IMG/VR virus record: IMGVR_UViG_3300044655_001189
Span: 6,114 to 70,113 of that record
DNA length: 64,000 nt
Direction: 5' to 3' (one strand)
From: a virus
Part shown: positions 56,088 through 64,000 of the stretch, one piece after another
Layout of the letters: each line of letters starts with the position of its first letter
How positions within the stretch are numbered: position 1 is the first letter of the stretch
Translations under genes and position numbers: made by a program
Notes under the pieces: generated by a model
Seen by the model: only the letters and a program-made list of their open reading frames with translations
What the model was told of the DNA's origin: nothing
The model's database searches: none

Positions 56088-57197
56088 ATGAAAGCACAAA
56101 AACAATTCGGTAGTATGATTTTGATATTTACAGCCATAATGATGGCAATAGGTTTTGGCAAAGCCAATGCTCAGGTTTACAAAGTATCTACTGATATGAG
56201 AGTTAGTGGAGAACTTGAAGTGATTGATAGTATAAAAACTCGTGTTGGTTATTTTCAATGGAATGGCTCTGCATGGGAAAGTGCTGGCGTTGGTATACCA
56301 AAACTTAGTGATGTTCTTTTTCAAGGAAACAATACAGATGGATATAACATCAACATAAGTGATGGTGACCAAATTTATTTTGACAATGGATCTAGAATAC
56401 GAAAAGGCATTACTGATATGAGCAATGGTGGTGCAAAAGGAGTAGCTTTAGTTTGCTCTATTGACTATGAATTAAAATGGGAAGCTGGACGCCTTTACAT
56501 TCTTCAACAAGATGGATTTACTATTCGGGAAGTCAGATATAATTTTACAATGACTCCAACGGTAAACGATGATGCTACAAAAGGATTTGTGATTGGCAGT
56601 AAGTGGGTTATGGATGATGGACTTGAATATATATGCGCAGATAGCGCGACAGGTGCAGCCGTTTGGAATTATGCAGCACGATGGGAGCAAGTTGGTGGAA
56701 TTATTACAACACTTACAGCAGATACCGTTTTTATACCAAATTTAAACGTAGATGAATTCGCTTTATACTCGTATAGTCCTGATTCAGGTGATGTATTAAC
56801 TGCTGTAGACCCTACAGGTCACGCTCAATGGCAAGCACCTGCATACTCATCAGGTACATATACGCCAACAGCTACTTCTATAACCAATATCGCATCGTCA
56901 ACATCACGTAAAAGTAATTGGTCAAGAGTTGGTAATATTGTAACTGTGGCTGGTACAGTAACTCTAACTACTTCAGGAAATGGATCAACTGAACTAGGTT
57001 TATCACTTCCAGTTCCTAGTAATTTTGGAACGACATACGAGGCTTCTGGTAACGCTATAGCTATAACAAGCGCAGGTCATCCTGCTGTAATTTATTCAAA
57101 TGTGGCTAACGATTATGTTGTATTACTATTTGACCACAATGGTCCAACAGCTTCCGATAATTTCAGATATACTTATAGCTACGAAATACTTGAATAA
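56088..57197 (+). CDS. tail-fibre-like protein with N-terminal signal peptide
   Basis: Signal-like N-terminus ending ANA-Q; LSDVLFQGN, PTVNDDATKGFVIGSKW, SGTYTPT...WSRVGNIVTV fibre motifs. Confidence 0.6.
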   Translation: MKAQKQFGSMILIFTAIMMAIGFGKANAQVYKVSTDMRVSGELEVIDSIKTRVGYFQWNGSAWESAGVGIPKLSDVLFQGNNTDGYNINISDGDQIYFDNGSRIRKGITDMSNGGAKGVALVCSIDYELKWEAGRLYILQQDGFTIREVRYNFTMTPTVNDDATKGFVIGSKWVMDDGLEYICADSATGAAVWNYAARWEQVGGIITTLTADTVFIPNLNVDEFALYSYSPDSGDVLTAVDPTGHAQWQAPAYSSGTYTPTATSITNIASSTSRKSNWSRVGNIVTVAGTVTLTTSGNGSTELGLSLPVPSNFGTTYEASGNAIAITSAGHPAVIYSNVANDYVVLLFDHNGPTASDNFRYTYSYEILE

Positions 57198-57203
57198 TTA
57201 GTT

Positions 57204-57443
57204 ATGGAAACAATTTTCAAGTCATCTGCCAGAATACGTTTGTTCTTAGCGTTAATACTTATACCGCCTGCAATGGCTTATTTGTTTATAGCATCCTTTG
57301 GGCATGTTCCAGAAGCTAATCAAAACACTGTTAGCACTATTGTAGGCTTTATACTTGGTAGTATTCTTGGATCTATAGCCACATATTATTGGGGTTCTAG
57401 TCAGGGTAGTGCTGATAAGAATAAACCATTGTCTGAATCATAA
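57204..57443 (+). CDS. putative holin
   Basis: Two TM helices and a YYWGSSQGS C-terminal motif. Confidence 0.65.
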   Translation: METIFKSSARIRLFLALILIPPAMAYLFIASFGHVPEANQNTVSTIVGFILGSILGSIATYYWGSSQGSADKNKPLSES

Positions 57444-57508
57444 GCAAACTAATTCACGTCTTACTAAGTAAGCAACAATAAATCTACATTTGTCTAAACA
57501 CATTAGCC

Positions 57509-57802
57509 ATGCCAAGCACAGAAGAAATATACTTATCAAGAATTGAAAAACATCTAGCGGTGTCTAGGGGTATTGCTGGAAGTCAAATCATTATAGGTGG
57601 AGGTACGCCTGATGTAGCTACAGGAAACATTATTGCTATTGAGTGCATTGGCACTACGTATGAGCTTGGTGTTGTTGTAGGTAACTGTGATGGTTTATCA
57701 GGAGCCACGTTGCTTGTGCCTAAAACTATTTACGGACAGTTCAGCTCTGTAGAAGCTGGTCCTGCAGCTACAGATGTATTCTTAGTTTATTTCGGAATCT
57801 AA
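57509..57802 (+). CDS. hypothetical virion protein
   Basis: 97-aa beta protein (TIYGQFSSVE); follows the TACATTTG promoter at 57485. Confidence 0.55.
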   Translation: MPSTEEIYLSRIEKHLAVSRGIAGSQIIIGGGTPDVATGNIIAIECIGTTYELGVVVGNCDGLSGATLLVPKTIYGQFSSVEAGPAATDVFLVYFGI

Positions 57803-59133
57803 TGTTACAGATAGGCTCTTCCAATTTAGGTCAACTGGGTGGTACTCCTTCAATTCCTTTATCAATCAATGGAGCATCAGCAGAAACTCTTACAGGGGCA
57901 TTCAACTTAGTTGCTACATTAGATGGCGTTCCTTCAGGTACATACACGCCAGCCACCGACACGCTTGCGTTTACTTCAAATAGTGGATGGGCTAGACCTT
58001 CTGATTGGAGGACATTGCCAACACTAACAGCAGCAAGTGAAGCTGGATATATACTTTTATTTGTCTATGAGAATAGGTTAAATAGGTTTGGAGTAACAGT
58101 TGGTCCTAATGGGTCAGCTAACATAGCTTGGGGAGATGGAACATCTGTTACCAGTAATGGTGCGTCTCAAATTAAAACATATACGTATTCAAGTATTACT
58201 GAAACTGTTTATGTAGATTCTGAAACTGGAGAAAACTATAAACAAGTAATTATTGCTATTACTAGAATAGGTGCGGCAATAACTAATGTTGATTTTCATA
58301 ATCATTATCCAACTACCGCAACTATAACACCATTTTACGGAGTTGACTATAATTTATCATTTCCAAATACAACGCAGTTATATATTAACTCACCATATGT
58401 TAGACGGACTAGTTATTTACAAAGATTACGAATATGGGCTATAGGGTCAAGTTGTAATTTAACTTTAAAAAGCTTAGATAATTTGAAAAGTGTTAGCATA
58501 CCAGCGACAGTAAATGTTTCACAGTATTTAATGATTGGTTGTTTGGGGTATTATGAATTTGGCGATATTAACTATGGCACAAATACTCAAGCATATCAAA
58601 GTTTATATGGTATGGGAGCTGTATCAATTGGTAATTTTGTTGCCAACTCTGCTATAGGTGCTGCATATTTTTGTGGTGAAAACAAACTTATTGTAAAACA
58701 AGGAACAGTTAATTTAGCTGTTGCTACAACTATAACTTATGCTTGGTCATATAACACCAACTTAAGAACTATAGGTTTAATTACCTGTCCATTAGCTACT
58801 GATTATACTTATGCATTTGCTGGTTGTCTTGCACTTACAAGTATTGAGTTTTCTGATTGTTCCGCTTGTACTGTTACAACAGGTTTTTTACTGTACTGTC
58901 ACTCTCTTAATTCAGCAATACTACCAGGGCTAACTAGAGGTGTAAATTTTAATAATAATGCAATGGGTAATTATGGAATGAACCTATTTGCAAACTCAAT
59001 AGGTACAGCAAGCGGTTCTCAAACCATAACAATAACAGGTACACCATTTGGGGCGTTGGTTACGGCATCGGATGCAACGGCTTTAGCTATACGAGCAGTA
59101 ATGATAGGTAAAGGTTACACAATAGCGAACTAA
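57802..59133 (+). CDS. tail fibre / receptor-binding protein with BspA-like LRRs
   Basis: WARPSDW, IAWGDGT, and repeated LRR-like units (YAFAGCLALTSI, YCHSLNSA); AT-rich. Confidence 0.6.
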   Translation: MLQIGSSNLGQLGGTPSIPLSINGASAETLTGAFNLVATLDGVPSGTYTPATDTLAFTSNSGWARPSDWRTLPTLTAASEAGYILLFVYENRLNRFGVTVGPNGSANIAWGDGTSVTSNGASQIKTYTYSSITETVYVDSETGENYKQVIIAITRIGAAITNVDFHNHYPTTATITPFYGVDYNLSFPNTTQLYINSPYVRRTSYLQRLRIWAIGSSCNLTLKSLDNLKSVSIPATVNVSQYLMIGCLGYYEFGDINYGTNTQAYQSLYGMGAVSIGNFVANSAIGAAYFCGENKLIVKQGTVNLAVATTITYAWSYNTNLRTIGLITCPLATDYTYAFAGCLALTSIEFSDCSACTVTTGFLLYCHSLNSAILPGLTRGVNFNNNAMGNYGMNLFANSIGTASGSQTITITGTPFGALVTASDATALAIRAVMIGKGYTIAN

Positions 59134-59137
59134 GGAC

Positions 59138-59311
59138 ATGTGGTACAACGAAGAGCAGCAGACAAGGGGATATGTAATTACATTTCCTGATGGCACAGAG
59201 ATAACAGCAGTAGACGCAGGACAATCTCCTGTAAATGGATGGGAGTTTAATAGTGATCCACCAGCGTGGTGGGATTTATTATATCCTGTAGTAGAACCTA
59301 TAGTGCCATAA
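59138..59311 (+). CDS. small fibre-associated protein (57 aa)
   Basis: Manual translation MWYNEEQQTRGYVITFPDGTEITAVDAGQSPVNGWEFNSDPPAWWDLLYPVVEPIVP. Confidence 0.6.
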   Translation: MWYNEEQQTRGYVITFPDGTEITAVDAGQSPVNGWEFNSDPPAWWDLLYPVVEPIVP

Positions 59312-59356
59312 AATAAATTATACATTTGCAACTCACCAATCTTAAAAACAAACAAC

Positions 59357-59467
59357 ATGGCTGCTTCTAAAAAACCAATGTCAAAAAAACCTGCATCTAA
59401 ACCAGCCGTTAAAGGCGGCAAAAAACTGCCAGCTTTTTTGGAAAAGAAAATGGGTGGTAAATACTAA
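59357..59467 (+). CDS. small Lys-rich peptide (36 aa)
   Basis: MAASKKPMSKKPASKPAVKGGKKLPAFLEKKMGGKY, with its own TACATTTG promoter at 59321 and a terminator. Confidence 0.6.
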   Translation: MAASKKPMSKKPASKPAVKGGKKLPAFLEKKMGGKY

Positions 59468-59487
59468 ACTACCCACCATAGGGGTTT

Positions 59488-59530
59488 AAAAAGAACCCTC
59501 CCTGTATCTTAGGACGCAGGGAGGGTTTTT
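59488..59530. terminator. bidirectional terminator between convergent modules
   Basis: AACCCTCCCTG...CAGGGAGGGTT flanked by A and T runs. Confidence 0.85.
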
Positions 59531-59548
59531 ATTTTACACTTGGCGGTG

Positions 59549-59845
59549 TTAAAGGTTATCTCTGGCCATTTCGATAAGTTCCCTTACTTCATCTAAATCG
59601 AATTGGTCAGGGTTCAATCCAGCGAGTTCACGGACAATCTTACGGAGTACGGGTGCAGAAGCTATCAGCTCTGCATATACCCGTACCTCTTCTGCATTCT
59701 GTTTGAAATACGGTTGTACGGAGGCAACATTGTTTTGCTGAGAATCTACAATTACAAACCCTTTGCTGTCACCAAATGAGTTTTTGTGATTCTCTCCCCA
59801 ACTAGCATTTGGTACAGCAGTCCAAGCACTTTGAATCTTTGACAT
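59549..59845 (-). CDS. hypothetical phage protein
   Basis: AELIASAP motif (NAxLIAAAP-type family). Confidence 0.6.
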   Translation of the reverse strand: MSKIQSAWTAVPNASWGENHKNSFGDSKGFVIVDSQQNNVASVQPYFKQNAEEVRVYAELIASAPVLRKIVRELAGLNPDQFDLDEVRELIEMARDNL

Positions 59846-60309
59846 TACGCTAGGAAGGAATAAATATTGAATGTTACATCATACCCATTAGGCCATTTAG
59901 ATTGTCTACGTGGGTTTTTCATCCAGTAAGCATCAACGGTTACCATACCTTCAATGACATTCACATCGTGAATTACCTCATGTGTGCCTATACGGGCAAA
60001 GAGGAATGGAGTAGGTTTGTCGAACTCAATCTTACATAGTTCCTCATCGGCTTTCCAGTGCAAGGTGAATCCATCACCTTTGTACTCACGATTCTCTACG
60101 CTGGTTTTAACGGTAGCCCACTTGAGCCAAGCAACGCTTCCTTCATCATCAATAGCTTTAGCAAGCTTCTGATAACTCATTACGTTAGGAAACGTACCAT
60201 CTTCATCATCAGAGAAGTGGTCAAGGTGCAATATATCATTGTGCGGATCCATAATCATATCCTCGGTGCACTGAAACAATTGGCTAGTGTATTCTTTTGG
60301 TTTGCTCAT
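59845..60309 (-). CDS. hypothetical protein
   Basis: 154-aa coupled ORF. Confidence 0.65.
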   Translation of the reverse strand: MSKPKEYTSQLFQCTEDMIMDPHNDILHLDHFSDDEDGTFPNVMSYQKLAKAIDDEGSVAWLKWATVKTSVENREYKGDGFTLHWKADEELCKIEFDKPTPFLFARIGTHEVIHDVNVIEGMVTVDAYWMKNPRRQSKWPNGYDVTFNIYSFLA

Positions 60310-60311
60310 AG

Positions 60312-60734
60312 CTAGGAAGCTTTAAGTAATTGTAGATGCTCTCCTTTATCAAGGTCTAAGCTTTCAAGGTATTCGTTAGCAATTCTTGCTGACAAATCTT
60401 GATCATCGAAATCAAACCCTTCGCAGGCATTTGCCCACTCCCAGAAAGCAATATGCTTATCTATGTCATAGGCTTCATCATCTTCATCCTCCCATGAATC
60501 AATAAGAGTACGGTCATAGATGATAACGATTTCCTTGTACCGTCCGAAGTCGTGGTCAAACGATTTGGATGTGATCCAGGCGATTCCTTGAAATTGTGGT
60601 GGTACGGGGAAAGCTTGCTCAATAAACTCTTCGCATACTCTCATTTCAACTGCTGCTTTAGCGGAGTAATCAGGTTTGCCTAATTGAGCAAAGCCAGTGC
60701 AGCCTATGTTTAGGTAATCGTAGTCGGACATCAT
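60312..60734 (-). CDS. acidic phage protein
   Basis: FAQLGKPDY...FDHDFGRYKEIVI motif; very acidic. Confidence 0.65.
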   Translation of the reverse strand: MMSDYDYLNIGCTGFAQLGKPDYSAKAAVEMRVCEEFIEQAFPVPPQFQGIAWITSKSFDHDFGRYKEIVIIYDRTLIDSWEDEDDEAYDIDKHIAFWEWANACEGFDFDDQDLSARIANEYLESLDLDKGEHLQLLKAS

Positions 60735-61093
60735 AGCTTGTTGTTTGTATATGTAAGTGAGAATGTATTGTTTTTGAGAGTTACGGGAAATGGTTCGCTT
60801 TCAATTTGAATTGATGAATCATATTTAGATTGCGCATAGTAATAGCAGGTGTTGCCGACAATGCAAATATTTTGTACGTTACTTCGAAAACGAGGCTCAA
60901 CATTGTCATCATCAAAGTATGTGATGTCATCATGTGGAACAGATACTGTAACTCCATGTTTCATGGAATATAGTATATGCTTACGGAGATTGTGTAATTG
61001 TTCATTGGTAAATTTAATTATTACGTTTTCTGGTGTATCAACAAAATCGTTGCTGTTCCAAACAATTCGTAAAGAGATTTGATATATGGCCAT
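60731..61093 (-). CDS. hypothetical protein
   Basis: 120-aa coupled ORF. Confidence 0.6.
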   Translation of the reverse strand: MAIYQISLRIVWNSNDFVDTPENVIIKFTNEQLHNLRKHILYSMKHGVTVSVPHDDITYFDDDNVEPRFRSNVQNICIVGNTCYYYAQSKYDSSIQIESEPFPVTLKNNTFSLTYTNNKL

Positions 61094-61281
61094 GATAGGA
61101 ATTATTAAAAGTGATACTCACCTGATTCATCTTCGGACCAGTACTCGAATGGCATATCACCGAAGATAGATTGTACGTGGTCAATAAGCTGTGGCAGATT
61201 CTCACATCCACAGTTATTGTCAATAATGCTAGAGCCTATCAGTCTATAGGACATTAAGGTAGAATTGTTTTTTAAAGATGG

Positions 61282-61536
61282 CTATGGAATGATAAAGTAT
61301 GCGTATTTAGAACCTAGTACGGAGTGATGGATTTCCCGTTTTATGACATTTGGGTAATCATCAGCTAGTGTTGCACAATCAGAAGCATATTTGAAACGAG
61401 CGTTGTCAGGAACGTCTTCGCAATAGAAAGGTATCACCTTAACTCCGTTGCTGGTCAATTCTTGTCCGGGCATCACAGGCACAGGAGGATTGTGTTCATA
61501 CACTCGAACACCTGTGTTAAAAAGAAACTTTTTCAT
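61282..61536 (-). CDS. hypothetical protein
   Basis: 84-aa coupled ORF. Confidence 0.6.
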   Translation of the reverse strand: MKKFLFNTGVRVYEHNPPVPVMPGQELTSNGVKVIPFYCEDVPDNARFKYASDCATLADDYPNVIKREIHHSVLGSKYAYFIIP

Positions 61537-61781
61537 GATAAAGAAATGAAATTCTTAAGGATTTTGTTGTGAACTTGGGTCATAGGAATGCGCTTCGCGA
61601 CACTCTTAGAACTTTGAGGAATGACTAGGTACTTGGCATCCCAATCGGAACCATGTAGGTTACCTGATTTTCCCATACGCTGTAATGCATGGTCAGTATC
61701 TCTGCCTACATAGTTACCCATAGGTGATAGGTCACCTGATGGTAGTAATTTGTAGACACAGTATTTGCGGTCTTTACTCAC
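61533..61781 (-). CDS. hypothetical protein
   Basis: 82-aa coupled ORF. Confidence 0.6.
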   Translation of the reverse strand: MSKDRKYCVYKLLPSGDLSPMGNYVGRDTDHALQRMGKSGNLHGSDWDAKYLVIPQSSKSVAKRIPMTQVHNKILKNFISLS

Positions 61782-61996
61782 GATTTAGGTAGTATTGTTA
61801 CACAAGTAATGCTTTCCATAAGAGGATGCATGTCTACTGAGAAGTCGATAACTTCATCTACATCACTCATAGGGTCACGTAGTATACCCATACGGCAATG
61901 TTTGTCGAAGATGGTACGTGCTTCATCTTCGCTTTTAGCGTCAATGATGAATTTACCTTCGAATACGGCAATGGTGTCTAATTGAAATCTTTTCAT
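61778..61996 (-). CDS. small acidic protein similar in pattern to 6496..6687
   Basis: Likely start MKRFQLDTIAVFEGKFIIDAKSEDEARTIF. Confidence 0.55.
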   Translation of the reverse strand: MKRFQLDTIAVFEGKFIIDAKSEDEARTIFDKHCRMGILRDPMSDVDEVIDFSVDMHPLMESITCVTILPKS

Positions 61997-61997
61997 G

Positions 61998-62393
61998 TTA
62001 GTATAGGTCTGGCCAAGTGTTACGTGCACGAATGATACTGTGGTCACGGGCAATCTCCCGTTGTTTAGGATTGGCACTAGAGCCGCGACCAAAGAATTCT
62101 TCTTTGGCAACTCTAGCCCCACGCTTTTCACCTGCAATGAATCCTTCTCGGTAACGGTCTTTTACTGCTTCTGTCAAGTCAGTATTTGCATCTACCAACG
62201 AAAGCAATGTCTGCTCAAGGGTATCGAAGCTGGCTTCTTTCTCAAGCACAAGCTTATGTGCATTACTAAATTCAACAGAATTGGCGCCATGCTTTGCTCT
62301 AAGTCGATTCGAATAGGCAAGGTTCTTTGTACGCATGACTGTGATAATGGCTAGTGAAGCCTTTATCTGAACTTCAAGGGATGTGCTGTGCAT
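61998..62393 (-). CDS. hypothetical protein
   Basis: 131 aa; ATG directly preceded by a TCACTATC box. Confidence 0.6.
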   Translation of the reverse strand: MHSTSLEVQIKASLAIITVMRTKNLAYSNRLRAKHGANSVEFSNAHKLVLEKEASFDTLEQTLLSLVDANTDLTEAVKDRYREGFIAGEKRGARVAKEEFFGRGSSANPKQREIARDHSIIRARNTWPDLY

Positions 62394-62562
62394 GATAGTG
62401 ACTCCCGTTAGTTATGCTTTTAGGTGCGTTGTTAATGGTACTGTGGCTACAATCCTTGGTCAGCATCGCTGTGGCAGATGTCACCATGCCCAGTAGGGCT
62501 ATCATCTATTTCATCGTATTCTTCCCAATTATCATCGGGGTCGGTAGTATAGTTATTCATGG

Positions 62563-63018
62563 TTATGGCATTTTACCATCATCAGCAAAAGAATAGTAAT
62601 CATCTTCGGTGAGAATGATGTGGTCAAGCGCGGCTATATCGAACAACGCAAGTCCTTCTTTGATTTTACGGGTGAGGTTAATGTCCTCTGTGCTTGGTTG
62701 GGTATTGCCACTTGGATGATTGTGGCAAAGGATAACGCCAGATGCAAGTGATTCAATGGCATACTTGGCTACGATACTCGCATCTACTACAGTTCCTACT
62801 ACTCCACCTTGTGAAATCTTCACATAGCCAATAGTGTTGTTGGCGCGATTGATAAGTAGAATAAAAAAACTTTCATAGATAGTAAGGTCGTCATGAAAGA
62901 ATTGACGACAGTATTCAGCAGCAATCTTACTTGAGTTGATTTTTACTTTATTGAATCCAGAATCTCCTTCTTCTGATACGATATTAAGCTTGCGTGATAA
63001 TCCTTTGTAAGTAATCAT
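62563..63018 (-). CDS. radC: RadC-family JAB/MPN domain protein
   Basis: ESFFILLIN, SQGG, HNHPSGNTQPSTED, LDHII. Confidence 0.92.
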   Translation of the reverse strand: MITYKGLSRKLNIVSEEGDSGFNKVKINSSKIAAEYCRQFFHDDLTIYESFFILLINRANNTIGYVKISQGGVVGTVVDASIVAKYAIESLASGVILCHNHPSGNTQPSTEDINLTRKIKEGLALFDIAALDHIILTEDDYYSFADDGKMP

Positions 63019-63040
63019 GTGGTCGTTGTATTGTTAATGG

Positions 63041-63565
63041 TTAATTAGTACGTTGCACTATGATTTTATTCTCTATTGCATTGAATAGCTGAATGAAATA
63101 TCGCTTATTCTTATCGCTTACATCTCCAGTATAACTCTCGTATGTTCTGCCATTAGTCATTCGGATTTTAGACATAGGCTGCGTTTTCAATAACTTCATA
63201 TCTGAATCCGATATATTGAAATAAGCATTCCCTTTACAATTGAATTTTTGAGCAGATTTTTTTATAATCTTTTCTCCATTTTCAAAGAGGATAATCATTT
63301 CATCATTCTCATTGCACCCACCAATACCAACCATTGTGACTGCAATCCATTCAAATAGTAAGTTCTCCTTTAGAACTGGAGTAACCTTGAATCCTTTTGT
63401 TCGCGTTTCATTAGCGCAAACAAAATCTCTATTAGGGTAGACGTAAATCTCTCCACTCATAGCATCTGTGTTTTGCACCACATGAACGCTGTCTGTCTGG
63501 CTAAAGGTTAGTGAAGTGATAAAGCATAAGCTAATTGCAACTGTCATGTTTTTAAGATTGTTCAT
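63041..63565 (-). CDS. exported protein with signal peptide
   Basis: MNNLKNMTVAISLCFITSLTFS-Q signal peptide; one Cys pair; AT-rich. Confidence 0.65.
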   Translation of the reverse strand: MNNLKNMTVAISLCFITSLTFSQTDSVHVVQNTDAMSGEIYVYPNRDFVCANETRTKGFKVTPVLKENLLFEWIAVTMVGIGGCNENDEMIILFENGEKIIKKSAQKFNCKGNAYFNISDSDMKLLKTQPMSKIRMTNGRTYESYTGDVSDKNKRYFIQLFNAIENKIIVQRTN

Positions 63566-63620
63566 TTTTTTAATTGTTAAATGGTTAGTTTGTTTAGTAA
63601 TTAGATTTGGAAATTGGTAT

Positions 63621-63809
63621 TTAGATACGGTGGTCAATGAGCATGTAATTAGCTACGGTCATAGCTTGGCAGTTAGATGCTTGCCAGCCTATGCCGTCAG
63701 GGTCAATGTCAAGGTATTCATCGACATCATCATAATCATAGGTGGTATCATCATAGTTACATACGTGCACAAGCCCTGTGCTAAAATCTAATACAATAAT
63801 TGTTTTCAT
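63621..63809 (-). CDS. small acidic phage protein
   Basis: IIVLDFSTGLVHV...SNCQAM pattern. Confidence 0.6.
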   Translation of the reverse strand: MKTIIVLDFSTGLVHVCNYDDTTYDYDDVDEYLDIDPDGIGWQASNCQAMTVANYMLIDHRI

Positions 63810-64000
63810 CGCTTGGTGTAGTTTTTTACTAAATCAATATATACAGATTGGCGTATTACTGTAAGCTGTGTGCCGTCTTCGTCAGCACTAAACTTGCATG
63901 ATAGCACTTCATTGGTTAGGGTATTGTAGACTTGGGTGACGTATGCTATACGTCTACCCCAAGCTACTTCATATACCTTAGTTTCAATGATTCCAATTGT

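Larger units (their letters stand above)
1..64000. mobile_element. crAss-like (Crassvirales-type) bacteriophage genome segment
   Basis: Gene order TerL-portal-scaffold-MCP-ring proteins-IHF-like-muzzle-cargo-giant DxDxD RNA polymerase is characteristic of crAss-like phages. No host housekeeping genes or integrase seen. Confidence 0.92.

Noticed and set aside
57802-59133. Possible DGR target fibre
   Set aside because: No reverse transcriptase and no template/variable repeat pair seen in the window.
14932-59467. Stop-codon reassignment as in some crAss clades
   Set aside because: Long genes are intact under code 11 and end in TAA, TAG or TGA with tight coupling; no suppressor tRNA seen.
1-64000. 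tRNA or rRNA genes
   Set aside because: No cloverleaf with a T-loop and acceptor stem recognised by eye; GGTTCGAA near 14450 lacks supporting arms. tRNAscan-SE would be needed to be sure.

Overview
The whole window is a segment of a crAss-like (Crassvirales-type) podovirus genome using the standard genetic code. The host is most likely Bacteroidota, because TAnnTTTG promoters precede many late genes. Layout: (i) 1-5.2 kb, minus strand: recombination/replication module (RecE-like exonuclease, RuvC-like resolvase, NinB-like, SSB, Sak4-like ATPase, HU-like, DnaB). (ii) 5.2-14.4 kb, minus strand: small early/accessory genes. (iii) 14.9-59.5 kb, plus strand: virion module (TerL, portal, scaffold, major capsid, ring/tail-tube proteins, muzzle, cargo proteins, a 4309-aa virion RNA polymerase, lysis genes, fibre-like proteins). 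(iv) 59.5-64 kb, minus strand: small accessory genes including a RadC/JAB protein. The most striking signal is non-coding. In the early region three consecutive genes are each followed, within 0-6 nt of the stop codon, by a predicted self-cleaving ribozyme: two covarying copies of a P5-permuted twister-like RNA with an almost absent P2 stem, and one type II hammerhead. Most other intergenic spacers between 5.6 and 12.2 kb hold recurring structured elements: a TCACTATC box, a twice-occurring CGCAACT-stem-AGCCAAGAA pseudoknot motif, other pseudoknots, and terminators with a shared apex. Together these suggest an RNA-level system that cuts the early transcript into individually regulated, possibly circularisable, units. 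All assignments come from reading motifs by eye; no database search or folding software was run.
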